This document shows, one piece after another, positions 36,046-46,356 of a DNA stretch of 64,000 bases. The position numbers and the translations under genes are program-made. Origin of the DNA: Polyangiales bacterium (GTDB taxonomy: Bacteria; Myxococcota_A; Polyangia; Polyangiales; JADJQN01); assembly GCA_964202905.1 (NCBI GenBank), contig CAXNJO010000006.1, positions 224,001 to 288,000 on the forward strand. The letters run 5' to 3'. Position 1 is the first letter of the stretch, and each line of letters opens with the position of its first letter. The notes under the pieces are model-generated. The model ran no database searches. It saw only the letters and a list, made by a program, of their open reading frames with translations, and had not been told where the DNA came from.

Positions 36046-36711
36046 GTGAACCACGTGGCCGCATCCCCGCAGCTCGTCGCTCCCACGTCGCAGGTCGAGC
36101 CCCTCGACCCGGAGCTTCTCGCGCTCCCGGCGCCGCCGCGTGCGCGACGGGTGCTCTCGGCGGCGCTCATGCTCGCCACGGTCCTCGCGTCGCTCGCGCT
36201 GCTCGGCGCGATCCGCGCGGACCTCGGCTACTTCTTCGCCGAGGAGCGGGCCATCGACCTCGGCGACGCGACCACGCTCGACGTCGCGTCGTTGACGACG
36301 AACCGCTTCGTCCGTGTCGTCGGCACGCCGATGGCCTCGGGCACGGTGCACGTGCAACGGGTGCTCGGCGGCGAGACCAGCGCGGTCTTTCCGCTCGCGG
36401 GTCAGCGCGCGCTCCTCGTCTCGGCGCCGATCGCCGGGCGCGACGAGGAGGCGCGGCTCTCGCGTCGCGAGTGGAGCGGACGGCTCGTCACCTTCGGGCA
36501 GCTCGGCGGCCGGCTCTCCGGCGTGCGCGCCTACCTGCGGGACCGCGTCGAACTCCCCGTCACTCGGGATTCCTACGTGCTCCTCGCCGACGAGCCGCCC
36601 GGCGCCTACGGCTGGGCACTCGGGCTCGCGCTGATCTGCTTGGCGTTCGTGGCGGTCAACCTCGCGCTCGTGGTCCGGTGGTTCCGGCCCGCGCCGGCGG
36701 CCGGGCGCTGA
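36046..36711 (+). CDS. Membrane protein (2 TM)
   Basis: Hydrophobic segments near both termini. Confidence 0.65.
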   Translation: MNHVAASPQLVAPTSQVEPLDPELLALPAPPRARRVLSAALMLATVLASLALLGAIRADLGYFFAEERAIDLGDATTLDVASLTTNRFVRVVGTPMASGTVHVQRVLGGETSAVFPLAGQRALLVSAPIAGRDEEARLSRREWSGRLVTFGQLGGRLSGVRAYLRDRVELPVTRDSYVLLADEPPGAYGWALGLALICLAFVAVNLALVVRWFRPAPAAGR

Positions 36712-36794
36712 GCCCCGGGGCGTCCCCGGATGGGGGCGCGCGAGGTCGCTGGCGGCTGCGGCGCGTTCCGCGATAGGGTGCGGCCGTCGCCGCC

Positions 36795-38606
36795 ATGTCG
36801 TCGTTCCCGCGCGCTGCCCTGCCGCCCACCGATCACGTCGCGCGCGCGCTGTTGCAGCGTGGAGCGCGTGAGTCCGCGCTGCTCCTGCTGCGCGCCGCCG
36901 TCCGGCGGGACGCGGGCGAACGGGCCTGCGCCGCGCTGCTGAAGGCGCTCGAAGCGCGGCCCGATGCGTCCGTCGCAGGGCCTGAGATCGCGCTCGATCT
37001 CGCGCTGATCGACGCCTACGTCGCGCGCGGGATGCTGCTCGAGGCCCGCGCTCTGTTGACCGGAACGGGGCTCGATCGCGGGAGCGAGGGCGGTGCGCGC
37101 GCCCGCGCGCTCGACACGCTGATCGCGCCGATCCCGGCGGATGCGTCCCCGGCCCTCGCGGAGGCCGCGCGTCATCTCCTCGACGGGGGCGCCGCGCTCG
37201 CGCTCTCGCTCCTCGACGAGCAACACCGCCGGGGGGGACCCCTGCCTCCCTGGGCGGAGGAGCGCCGCCGGACGCTCTGCCAACTGCTCATCGATCGCGC
37301 CGAACACGGCGACATGTCCGGAGCGGGCCCTGCCGCGCGCGCCGTGCCTGGCGGACCAGCGGACGTCCGCGCGGACGTCGGACGTCTGATTCTGGCGCGC
37401 GAGGTCCCCCACGCGCTCGAGCGACTGCGGGCGCACGCGATGGCGGCGCCCCGGGACGTCGATGCCGCGGTCGCGGCGACGGCCCTCGAGCGACTCTGGA
37501 CGACGCTGCAAGGTCGCGAGGCGCAGCCCGCCGACTACGGCGGCATGCGCACGGTGCCCATGAGCCCGAGCCACGTCGGCGACCTCAACGTGCGGATGGG
37601 CAACCTCGGCGAGGCGGAGCGGATCTACCGGCGCATCGTCATGGACGACCCGACGAGCGCCGTCGCGCGCGCGACGCTCGACGATGTCCAGGCGGTCCGC
37701 CGCTACCTCGATCCGGCGGTCGGCGCCCCGACGCCGCTCGCCGGCATTCCGCGGGCCGCGGTCGACGCGGCGATCGCCCGCGAAGCCGAGATCGGCACGC
37801 GCGCCACCGAGCCCGTGCACGTCCCGGCGATCGACACGATCGAGACGGCCGCGCTCGCCGCGTCGCGCGCCACCCTGGCGCCTCCCACCCGCCCGGCGTT
37901 TGCCGCGCCCGGCCTGTCTGGCCCGGGGGCGTCGTGGTCCGGGGCCGAGGAGCTCGGCGCGGGCGGCGCGGAAGACGGCTACGCGGCGATGACCCATTTT
38001 CCGGGGATGCCGGAGGAGTCGACGCGTCGCGTCGCGGACGCCGACCTCGCGGCCCTGCGCGCTGCGGCCCGGTCCCCGGAGCGCGGCGTCGCGGCGCCCC
38101 GGGAGCGCGTCGATGCCGGGGCACCGCCCGTTGCACTCTCGAAGAAGGGCGCGGCCGCGGCGGCGCCGGTCGCCGCGGGGTACGGGTCGTCGCGCCCCGC
38201 TGCCGCCCGGGAATCCGACGATTGGGACGACGACGCGGCCACCGGCGTCATCGCGCCCGCCGTCGAGGCGGAGCTGCTGCTCAAGCAGGGTTTTGCCGAG
38301 CGCGCGCTGGCGGCGTTTCGCATGCTCGCAGCGCACGAGCCGGGCAACGAGCGCCTCGCGCGCCGCGTCGCCGAGATCGAAGCGCTCATCGCGCTCGAGC
38401 GGGCGCCGATGCCGGGCGAGCAGACGGTGCGCCGCGACATCAGCGCGCTGCAGCACGCCGCGCGACCGACGGCCCGCCTCCACGTCCCCGAGGATGTGCG
38501 CGCCTCGGCCGAGCGTGTGTCTCTGCCGCGCGCGCCTGCCGGGCCGCTCCCCGGCGTGCCCACCACCGGCGTCGTGCGCGTGCAGCGGGTCATCATCCTC
38601 CGCTGA
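36795..38606 (+). CDS. Hypothetical TPR-like protein
   Basis: TPR-like helices (GDLNVRMGNLGEAERIYRRI; AELLLKQGFAERALAAF). Confidence 0.6.
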   Translation: MSSFPRAALPPTDHVARALLQRGARESALLLLRAAVRRDAGERACAALLKALEARPDASVAGPEIALDLALIDAYVARGMLLEARALLTGTGLDRGSEGGARARALDTLIAPIPADASPALAEAARHLLDGGAALALSLLDEQHRRGGPLPPWAEERRRTLCQLLIDRAEHGDMSGAGPAARAVPGGPADVRADVGRLILAREVPHALERLRAHAMAAPRDVDAAVAATALERLWTTLQGREAQPADYGGMRTVPMSPSHVGDLNVRMGNLGEAERIYRRIVMDDPTSAVARATLDDVQAVRRYLDPAVGAPTPLAGIPRAAVDAAIAREAEIGTRATEPVHVPAIDTIETAALAASRATLAPPTRPAFAAPGLSGPGASWSGAEELGAGGAEDGYAAMTHFPGMPEESTRRVADADLAALRAAARSPERGVAAPRERVDAGAPPVALSKKGAAAAAPVAAGYGSSRPAAARESDDWDDDAATGVIAPAVEAELLLKQGFAERALAAFRMLAAHEPGNERLARRVAEIEALIALERAPMPGEQTVRRDISALQHAARPTARLHVPEDVRASAERVSLPRAPAGPLPGVPTTGVVRVQRVIILR

Positions 38607-38652
38607 GCGACCGCCAGCCCGTGGCCGCCGTCACGTCACGCGACGACGGCGA

Positions 38653-39717
38653 TCAGAAGTTGCCCCAGTCGAGGTAGGCCGCGACGAGGCGGTCCCCGAA
38701 GAAGAAGAACTCCATCGCGCCGACCGCGAGGAAGGGCCCGAAGGGCACCTTGAGCCGCCCTGCGTGCGCGGCGTCCTCCGCGGCGGCAGCGGCGCCTGCG
38801 GCTGCGTCGTGGGCGTCTGCGGCTGCGTCGGCTGCCGGCGCGATGGCGATTTCCCCTTGGCGATCGGCGGTTTGCGCCTTCCCGCCCTCGCGCTGCGGGG
38901 CGTCGCGCGTGTCACCATCGGCGGTTGCAGGCGTTGCCGCGGGGCGGTCGGCGGACGGCGTCGGGGCGTCGTCGGTCGCCACACCGGCGGGGGTCGTCGA
39001 GCGACCCGTCGCGATCAGGACCCCGGCGACGACCATCCCCTGCGCCGCGCCGGCGACGAGCGCGAAGAGCGCGCCCTGCCAGCCGAGCCACGCGCCGATC
39101 ATCGCGAGCAGCTTCGCGTCGCCCTCGCCCATGCCGCGCCGGCCGGTGAAGTGCTCGTAGACCCAGACGAACAGCACCTGCACGGCGAGGTAGCCACCGC
39201 CCGCGCCGAGGGCCGCGTCGCCTGCGCCGGGCAGCGCGCGCAGCGGCGCGGTCGCGAGGCCCAGCGCGGCGCCGGGGAGCGACACCTCGTCGGGGATCTC
39301 CATGAAGTCGAGGTCCACGAAGGTCGCGACGAGCAGCCCGCCCGCGAACGCGAAGTACGCGAGCGCCTCGAGCGCCGCGGGTAGCGCCTCGGTCCCTGCG
39401 GCGGCGTGCACCACGAGGCGTTCGGCGATGGCGAGGCAGAGCAGGCCCCCGAGCGCTTCGACCATCGGGTAGCGCGGCGAGATCGGCGCGCCGCAGCACT
39501 CCGCGCGGCCGCGGAGCACGAGCCAGCCGAGGATCGGCACGTTGCGGAAGGGGCGGATCGGCGCGCCGCACGCCGGGCAGTGGCTCGGCGGGCTGACGAC
39601 GCTCATCCCGCGCGGCCAGCGGTGGATCGCGACGTTGAAGAAGCTGCCCCAGAGCGCACCGAAGAAGAACGCGGCGAGGCGGACGAACGAGGCGGGCAGG
39701 TCGTGCGCGAGGATCAC
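38653..39717 (-). CDS. pilD: Prepilin peptidase (A24)
   Basis: GSFFNVAIHRWP, SHCPAC, MGEGDAKL, VPFGPFLA. Confidence 0.92.
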   Translation of the reverse strand: MILAHDLPASFVRLAAFFFGALWGSFFNVAIHRWPRGMSVVSPPSHCPACGAPIRPFRNVPILGWLVLRGRAECCGAPISPRYPMVEALGGLLCLAIAERLVVHAAAGTEALPAALEALAYFAFAGGLLVATFVDLDFMEIPDEVSLPGAALGLATAPLRALPGAGDAALGAGGGYLAVQVLFVWVYEHFTGRRGMGEGDAKLLAMIGAWLGWQGALFALVAGAAQGMVVAGVLIATGRSTTPAGVATDDAPTPSADRPAATPATADGDTRDAPQREGGKAQTADRQGEIAIAPAADAAADAHDAAAGAAAAAEDAAHAGRLKVPFGPFLAVGAMEFFFFGDRLVAAYLDWGNF

Positions 39718-39760
39718 GGCGGGGGCCGCAGCCTAGCAGCGGGCGCCGTGGACCGCGCGA

Positions 39761-40459
39761 TCAGTCGTCGCGGCGGCTGCCCCCGAAGACGCCGAGCCGC
39801 ATGAGGAAGTAGAGCAGCGTCAGGACGCTCGTCAGCGCCGCGGCGACGTACGTGAGGGCGGCGGCGCTGAGCACGCTCGAGACGCCCGCGCGCTCCGTGT
39901 CGACGATCAGCCCGCGCTCCCAGAGGATCGCCTTGGCGCGCGCGGAGGCGTCGAGCTCGACGGGGAGCGTCACGAGTTGGAAGAGCACCACGCTGCCGAA
40001 GAGCAGCACCCCGAGCCACGCGATCGCGATCGCCTGCGTCATGACGCCGATGCCGAAGAGGATGAACGCGAAGTTCGAGCCGAAACTCGCGACGGGGACC
40101 GCGAGGTTGCGCAGCGCGAGCGGGCCGTATTCGTCGCGGTGCTGCAGGGCGTGCCCGACCTCGTGCGCGGCGACGGCGAGCGACGCGACGCTGCGCCCGT
40201 GGAAGACGTCGGGGGAGAGCCGCACGACGCGCTCGCGCGGGTCGTAGTGGTCGCTGAGCATCCCGTGCGAGGCCTCGACGCGCACGGCGCGCAGGTCGCT
40301 CGCGTCGAGGATGTAGCGGGCCGTCTCCGCGCCCGAGAGGCCGCGCGCCCCGGGGACCGCGGACCACTTGCGAAAGCGTCCGCGCGTGAGCGCCGACGCG
40401 ATCACGGCGAGCACCATGGCCGGGCCGACGAAGAGCAGGTACGCGGGGTCGAAGTACAT
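39761..40459 (-). CDS. YugP-like neutral zinc metallopeptidase
   Basis: LSDHYDP, AAHEVGHALQH, TLPVELDAS.RA, AAALTYVAA. Confidence 0.9.
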   Translation of the reverse strand: MYFDPAYLLFVGPAMVLAVIASALTRGRFRKWSAVPGARGLSGAETARYILDASDLRAVRVEASHGMLSDHYDPRERVVRLSPDVFHGRSVASLAVAAHEVGHALQHRDEYGPLALRNLAVPVASFGSNFAFILFGIGVMTQAIAIAWLGVLLFGSVVLFQLVTLPVELDASARAKAILWERGLIVDTERAGVSSVLSAAALTYVAAALTSVLTLLYFLMRLGVFGGSRRDD

Positions 40460-40693
40460 GGCCGGGTCGATGTAAGGCGCCCGCCGTCGTTGGCAATGCC
40501 CGGCCTTGCGCGCCCGGCGGGAGCGCGGTCGTGCGCGCGCGCTATGCTCGGCCGCCGTGAGCCGCCGCGCGATCCGCGTCCCCGCCCCGCAGGACGCCTC
40601 TTCTCCGATGCCCGTGGGCCGTCTCGCCGTCCTCGCGCGAGGCTCTCGCGCGCGGTTCGCCGTCGACGAGGTCGTCGTCGTCGGGTGGCGGCC

Positions 40694-41806
40694 GTGACGG
40701 GCGGGCGCGAGCCCCGTGCGCTGCTGTCGGAGGCGCGCCGCGTCGTCGTGAAGATCGGCAGCAAGTCGATCGCGCGTGGCGAGACGCCGGGTGCGGGGCG
40801 CTTCGCGCAGGTCGCCGGGCAGGTGGCCCGCGCGCGGCAGCGTGGGCAGAGCGTGGTGCTCGTGTCGTCGGGCGCGATCGCGCTCGGCTTCGAGCGGCTC
40901 GGCATGAAGAGCCGTCCGCAGACGATCGCGCTGCTCCAGGCGAGCGCGGCCGCGGGGCAGTCGCAGCTCATGCGCGCGTACGAGGACGCGTTCGCGGCGC
41001 ATGCGCTGCCGGTCGCGCAGATCCTGCTCACGCACGCGGACCTCGCCGACCGCGATCGCTACCTCAACGCGCGCGCCGCGCTCGAGGCGCTCGTCGAGCT
41101 CGGCGCGGTGCCCATCATCAACGAGAACGACACCGTCTCCGTCGAGGAGATCAAGTTCGGCGACAACGACCAGCTCGCCGGGATGGTCGCGACGCTCGTC
41201 GGCGCCGAGCTGCTCGTGCTGCTCACGGACGTCGAGGGTCTGCTCGACGCGGACGGGGCGCGCGTCCCGCTCGTCGCCGACGTGGGCGAGGCGACCTCGC
41301 TCGTCCGCGCGACGACGAGCGACGTGGGCACCGGCGGCATGGCCAGCAAGCTCGCCTCCGCGCGGGCAGCGACGCGGCGCGGCGTCCCGGTCGTCGTCGC
41401 CGACGCGCGCGACCCGGAGATCCTCGACCGCATCGTGCGTGGCGAGGACGTGGGCACGCTCTTCCTGCCGCAGGGCGCGGCGCTCGCGAGCCGCAAGCAC
41501 TGGATCGGCTTCACGCTCAAGCCACGCGGCGTGCTGCTCGTCGACGCGGGCGCGGCGCGCGCGGTGAGCGGCGGCGACAAGAGCCTGCTGGCGCGCGGCG
41601 TGGTCGGCGTGCGCGGCGACTTCGAGGCTGGCGACCCGGTGTCGATCGTCGGTCCCGAGGGCGCCGAGGTCGCGCGCGGTCTCGCCCGCTACGACACGCG
41701 CGACGTCTCGCGGCTCGCGGGCGTGCAGAGCCGTGAGATCGAGGCGCGGCTCGGGCGCGCGGGCTCCGCGGAGATCGTGCACGCCGACGACCTCGTCGTG
41801 GTGTGA
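40694..41806 (+). CDS. proB: Glutamate 5-kinase
   Basis: VVKIGS, VSSGA, INENDTV, FGDNDQL, GTGGMASK, PUA domain. Confidence 0.95.
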   Translation: MTGGREPRALLSEARRVVVKIGSKSIARGETPGAGRFAQVAGQVARARQRGQSVVLVSSGAIALGFERLGMKSRPQTIALLQASAAAGQSQLMRAYEDAFAAHALPVAQILLTHADLADRDRYLNARAALEALVELGAVPIINENDTVSVEEIKFGDNDQLAGMVATLVGAELLVLLTDVEGLLDADGARVPLVADVGEATSLVRATTSDVGTGGMASKLASARAATRRGVPVVVADARDPEILDRIVRGEDVGTLFLPQGAALASRKHWIGFTLKPRGVLLVDAGAARAVSGGDKSLLARGVVGVRGDFEAGDPVSIVGPEGAEVARGLARYDTRDVSRLAGVQSREIEARLGRAGSAEIVHADDLVVV

Positions 41807-41915
41807 GGCGTCGCGCCCCGCGGCGTCCACGGCGCGTCGCCGTGTGACGAGGCGCTGGCCGCGGCCGTTGCGCCGTGATCCCGATGGTGCCAACGTCGCG
41901 CCGGTGCAGGAGCGC

Positions 41916-43208
41916 ATGGAGCCGGGCCCGCTCGAGGAGAACTCCGCGGAGGCGATCCACCGCGCCGTCGCGGCGGTGGCGCTCCGTGCGCGCGAGGCCG
42001 CGCGCGAGCTCGCTCGACTCCCGACGGAGCGCAAGGACGCGGTGCTGCGGCGCGTGGCCGCTGGGCTCCGTGGGCCGCACCGCGCGGCCGTGCTCGCCGC
42101 GAACGCCGCCGATCTCGCCGCCGCGGACGCGCGCGGGATGTCGGCTGCGATGCGTGACCGGCTCCGCCTCGACGCGGCGCGCATCGACGGCATCGCGGGC
42201 GCGGTCGAGCAGATCGTCGCGCTCCCGGATCCGGTCGGCGAGGTGGCCGAGGAGCGCGTGCTCGCGAGCGGCCTGCGCGTGGCACGGATGCGCGTCCCGC
42301 TCGGGCTCGTCGGGATCGTCTACGAAGCGCGCCCCAACGTCACGAGCGACGCGGCGGCCCTCTGCCTGAAGAGCGGCAACGCGTGCGTGCTGCGCGGGGG
42401 CTCGGAGGCCGTCCGGTCGAACCAGGCCATCGCCGCCGTGTACGCGGAGGCGCTCGCCGCCGAGGGCGTGTCGCCCGCGGCCGTCTCGCTGCTCCCGACG
42501 ACTGATCGCGAGGCGACGCTCGCGCTGATCCGGCAGGCGGGCGTCGTCGACCTCGTCATCCCGCGCGGCGGCGAGTCGCTGATCCGCTTCGTCACCGAGC
42601 ACGCGCGCGTGCCCGTGATCCAGCACTACAAGGGCGTCTGTCACCTCTACGTCGACGGTGACGCGGACCTCGCGATGGCCGAGGCGCTCCTCTTGAACGG
42701 CAAGGTGCAGCGCCCGAGCGCGTGCAACGCCCTCGAGACCCTGCTCGTCGATCGCGCCTGCGCGGAGACGTTCGTCCCGCGTGCCGTCGCGGCGCTGCAG
42801 GCGCGCGGCGTCGAGGTGCGCGGGGATGCGGCCGTGCGTGCGCTCGCGCCGGGCGTCGCCGCGGCCACGGACGCGGACTGGGACACCGAATACCTCGATC
42901 TCGTGCTCTCGGTCGGCGTCGTCGACGGGCTCGACGGCGCGCTCGCGCACATCGCGCGGCACGGCACGCTGCACACCGAGGCGATCGTCACGCGCGACGC
43001 CGCGCGCGCGCGGCGCTTCGTGCGCGAGGTCGACGCGAGCCTCGTGCTCGTGAACGCCTCGACGCGCTTCAACGACGGCACCGAGCTCGGGCTCGGCGCG
43101 GAGATCGGCATCTCGACGACGAAACTGCACGCGTACGGCCCGATGGGCCTCCGCGAGCTCTGCACGCAGAAGTGGGTCGGGCACGGGGACGGGCAGGTTC
43201 GCGGCTGA
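41916..43208 (+). CDS. proA: Glutamate-5-semialdehyde dehydrogenase
   Basis: YEARPNVT, KSGNA, CNALET, NASTRFNDG, ISTTKLHAYGPMG. Confidence 0.95.
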   Translation: MEPGPLEENSAEAIHRAVAAVALRAREAARELARLPTERKDAVLRRVAAGLRGPHRAAVLAANAADLAAADARGMSAAMRDRLRLDAARIDGIAGAVEQIVALPDPVGEVAEERVLASGLRVARMRVPLGLVGIVYEARPNVTSDAAALCLKSGNACVLRGGSEAVRSNQAIAAVYAEALAAEGVSPAAVSLLPTTDREATLALIRQAGVVDLVIPRGGESLIRFVTEHARVPVIQHYKGVCHLYVDGDADLAMAEALLLNGKVQRPSACNALETLLVDRACAETFVPRAVAALQARGVEVRGDAAVRALAPGVAAATDADWDTEYLDLVLSVGVVDGLDGALAHIARHGTLHTEAIVTRDAARARRFVREVDASLVLVNASTRFNDGTELGLGAEIGISTTKLHAYGPMGLRELCTQKWVGHGDGQVRG

Positions 43209-43234
43209 CCGCCGCGACCGCGAAGGGAGATCGC

Positions 43235-44008
43235 TTGGCGACCAGGAAGAGCATCGGGGAAGGCAAGGGAGAGGCGTCCGACGGCGGCCGCGCGACGGCG
43301 AGCGGTAAGCCGGCCGCCAGCCGGTCCGCAGCGGGCAAGACCGCGACGGGCAAGACCGCGACGGGCAAGACCGCGACGGGCAAGGCCGCGGCGAGCAAGC
43401 CAGCGTCCGGCACGACGGGCGCACGAGCGCGCGTCGGTGCGCGTCCGCGCCTCAAGGTCGGCTCGCGGCCCGTCTCGGCCGCACCGCGCGAGCCGGTCGC
43501 GGCAGCGCGTCGTGCGTCCGCGGCGTCCGAGACGCCCGCGCCGTCGACGGTCGCAGCCGCGACGCCGCGCAAGGCCTCGATCCCGCCCCCGCCGGAGGCC
43601 GTGCCGACGCGCGCGCGCACGGCGAAGACGGTGAAGAAGGCCGCCGCGAAAGACGACGCCGGTCGCCGCGTGGCGCTCGCGATCGCCGCGGCGGGGACCG
43701 ACAAGAAGGCCGTCGACGTCGAGATCGTCGACGTGCGCGGCAAGGTCGACTACGCGGACTACGTCGTCGTGATGAGCGGCCGCAGCGAGCGGCAGGTCTC
43801 GGCGCTCGCGCGGAACATCGAAGAGGACCTCCTCAAGAAGCAGAAGGTCCGCTGCAGCGGCGTCGAGGGGCTCGGCCAGGGGGCCTGGGTCCTCATGGAT
43901 TTCGGCGACGTCATCGTCCACATCTTCCACGAGGACACCCGCGGCTATTACGACCTCGACTCGCTCTGGGGCGATGCGGCGCGGGTCGTGCCGACGAGCC
44001 AGGCCTAG
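43235..44008 (+). CDS. rsfS: Ribosome silencing factor with long low-complexity N-terminal extension
   Basis: DKKAVDV...ADYVVVMSGRSERQV...WVLMDFGDVIVHIF...RGYYDLDSLW; TTG start with RBS. Confidence 0.85.
   Translation: MATRKSIGEGKGEASDGGRATASGKPAASRSAAGKTATGKTATGKTATGKAAASKPASGTTGARARVGARPRLKVGSRPVSAAPREPVAAARRASAASETPAPSTVAAATPRKASIPPPPEAVPTRARTAKTVKKAAAKDDAGRRVALAIAAAGTDKKAVDVEIVDVRGKVDYADYVVVMSGRSERQVSALARNIEEDLLKKQKVRCSGVEGLGQGAWVLMDFGDVIVHIFHEDTRGYYDLDSLWGDAARVVPTSQA
43332..43391 (+). repeat. 15-bp in-frame tandem repeat (CGGGCAAGACCGCGA x3 plus a variant)
   Basis: Encodes GKTAT repeats. Confidence 0.85.
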
Positions 44009-44010
44009 CG

Positions 44011-44451
44011 TTGCGCGTCGCGGTCGTCGCGGTCGGCAAGATCAAGGAGCGCGGGGTGCGGGAGGCGATCGACGACTACGTCGGTCGCCTCCGGCGCTAT
44101 GTGACGTTCGAGGAGATCGAGCTGAAGGACGGCGACGCCGCGGCCGTGACCGCGCGGTTCGAGCGGGCGATCCCCGAGCGCGCACGCGTCGTCGCGCTCG
44201 AGGTCGACGGCGAGAGCTGGTCGAGCGAGCGGCTCGCGCGCTACCTCGGGGACGCGGCGCTGCACGCGGTGCCCGCGGTGGCGTTTCTCATCGGCGGCTC
44301 GTACGGGCTCCCCGCCGACATCTCGCGGTCCGCGCACGTGCGGCTCTCGCTCTCGTCGATGACCTTGCCGCATCGGCTCGCGCGCCTCGTGCTCGCCGAG
44401 CAGATCTACCGCGGCTACACGATCCTGCGCGGCGAGCCCTACAGCCACTGA
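44011..44451 (+). CDS. rlmH: 23S rRNA m3Psi1915 methyltransferase
   Basis: AVGKIK, IGGSYG, LSSMTLPH, EQIYR...GEPYSH. Confidence 0.93.
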   Translation: MRVAVVAVGKIKERGVREAIDDYVGRLRRYVTFEEIELKDGDAAAVTARFERAIPERARVVALEVDGESWSSERLARYLGDAALHAVPAVAFLIGGSYGLPADISRSAHVRLSLSSMTLPHRLARLVLAEQIYRGYTILRGEPYSH

Positions 44452-44712
44452 GCCGCGGTGATCGCGCGGCGAGCGTCCCGCCTCGACGTGTCGTCCGGGG
44501 GGCTCATGCACCGCGCCCACCCGGCCTCGCATCCACGACGGCGAGGTCGATGTGGGATGTCTGCGCTCGAGCACGACGGGCACCGTGATGGGTGCCCGCG
44601 CCCGTCGATCCGCCGATCACCGTCATGACTGCGGCGCTCCGGCTGCGTGACCACCGCGAGGCGCGCAGCGGGGCGATGCGCCTCGCGCGCAACCGCCTTC
44701 GGCGCGTGGTCG

Positions 44713-45378
44713 ATGAGCGCGCCCGTGAGTGTGGCCGCGCTGCTCCGGGGTCTCGTCGAGCTGCTCGCGCCGCGGGGCTGCGCGGCCTGCGATCTGCCGC
44801 TCGACGAGGTCGACGCGGCCTTCTGCGGTGGCTGCGCGGCCTTGCTCGAGGAGGCGCCTGCGGGTCTCCGTCCGCCTGCGAGCGCGGCCGCCGCGTTCGT
44901 GCACGTCGGGCCCCTCGCCGACGCGATCCGCCGCTACAAATACGGCCCGCGCCCCGATCTCGCGCGACCCCTCGGCGCGCTGCTCGCGGAGAACGCACGT
45001 CCGCTCGCCGGGCGCGTCGACCTCGTCGTTCCCATGCCCTTGCACCCGCGCCGCCTGCGCGAGCGCGGCTTCGATCAGGCCGCGCTCCTCGCGGGCCCGG
45101 TCGCGCGCGCGCTCGGCGTCCCGCTCGCGATCGGCGCGGTGCGACGCATCCGCGAGACGACGCCGCAGGCGGGGCTCGACGCGCGGGGCCGCACCGAGAA
45201 CGTGCGCGGCGCGTTTCGCGTCGTCGCGCCCGCGCGCGTCGTGGGCTTCCGCGTGCTCGTCCTCGACGATGTGCGGACGACGGGCGCGACGCTCGCGGCG
45301 GCGAGCGAGGCGCTCTGCGCAGCGGGCGCCGCGGAGGTCCGCACGCTGACGCTCGCCTTCGCGGAGCGCGGCGCGTAG
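44713..45378 (+). CDS. comF: ComF-family phosphoribosyltransferase-like protein
   Basis: CxxC pairs, PLH..R..ERGFDQ, LDDVRTTGAT. Confidence 0.88.
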   Translation: MSAPVSVAALLRGLVELLAPRGCAACDLPLDEVDAAFCGGCAALLEEAPAGLRPPASAAAAFVHVGPLADAIRRYKYGPRPDLARPLGALLAENARPLAGRVDLVVPMPLHPRRLRERGFDQAALLAGPVARALGVPLAIGAVRRIRETTPQAGLDARGRTENVRGAFRVVAPARVVGFRVLVLDDVRTTGATLAAASEALCAAGAAEVRTLTLAFAERGA

Positions 45379-45387
45379 GCTCACCGC

Positions 45388-46287
45388 GTGTGTGCTGCGG
45401 GGCTGCGCCGCGGAGCGCTCGTGCCGATCGCCGCCCTCGCTTGCCTCGCGGCGTGCGGGGCGCCGCAGGCCGAGGTCGACGTCGGCGCCTACCTCCGCGT
45501 GGGCGTCGACATGCGCACCGAGTGCCGCAGCGTCGCCGACGCGCTCACGGACGGGGGGCTCGAGGTCGTCGCGCGCCTCGAGCGGCCCCGTTCCTGCGCG
45601 CTCGGTGCCGTCTCCGCGGACGGTGCGCGCTCCGCGGTCCGTGTCGTCACGGCGCGCGGCATCGCGTACGCGGCCGATGGGCGCGCCGACGGGCTCCCGG
45701 GCGGCACGACCGTCGCGCTCGTCGCACCTCCGGGGGGCGCGGTGGGCCCCGAGGTCCTCGTCGCGCGGGCGCCCTCGGCGACCGAGGGCCGCTGCGTCAC
45801 CGTCCTGCACGTGGACGCGCAGGGCGGCGCGCGGGAGATCGGCCTCGAGCCCGGCGCGCTCGCTGTGGTCGCGCCTGCTGAGGCGCCGACCTGCGTCACG
45901 GAGGTCCTCGACGTCGACGGCGACGGCACCGCCGAGGCCTGGGTCGCGATCCGCGCGCTCACGCTCGCCGCGACGGCGACGCGCGTGCCGACCGTGCGCG
46001 TGCCGCTCGCGCCCGGCGCCGGGGTCTTCGAGTACGTCCCTCCGCCGGAAGCGCATTGGCAGCGGGAGCGCGCCGCGCGGGACGTTGCGCGCACGCAGGC
46101 GCGCCGCGACCGCGACTTCCCCGCGGCGCACGCGCTCGCGGTCGAACTGGCGCTGGTCGCGCTGCTCGCCGGGGAAGGGCGCGCCGCCGCGTGCGCCGCG
46201 TACGACGCGGGCCTCGCGGGCTGGTCGCTCGTGGGCGAGCCGCTCGCGCTCGCCGAGCGCACGCGTGCGGCGCTCGCGGCCGAGTGA
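45388..46287 (+). CDS. Hypothetical lipoprotein
   Basis: LAAC lipobox; DVDGDG motif. Confidence 0.6.
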   Translation: MCAAGLRRGALVPIAALACLAACGAPQAEVDVGAYLRVGVDMRTECRSVADALTDGGLEVVARLERPRSCALGAVSADGARSAVRVVTARGIAYAADGRADGLPGGTTVALVAPPGGAVGPEVLVARAPSATEGRCVTVLHVDAQGGAREIGLEPGALAVVAPAEAPTCVTEVLDVDGDGTAEAWVAIRALTLAATATRVPTVRVPLAPGAGVFEYVPPPEAHWQRERAARDVARTQARRDRDFPAAHALAVELALVALLAGEGRAAACAAYDAGLAGWSLVGEPLALAERTRAALAAE

Positions 46288-46356
46288 CCGCGTGAATCGC
46301 GGACGTCGGGGCCTCGCGTGACATCGCGGGGGCCGGGTGGTAAGGGCGCAGCGGCG

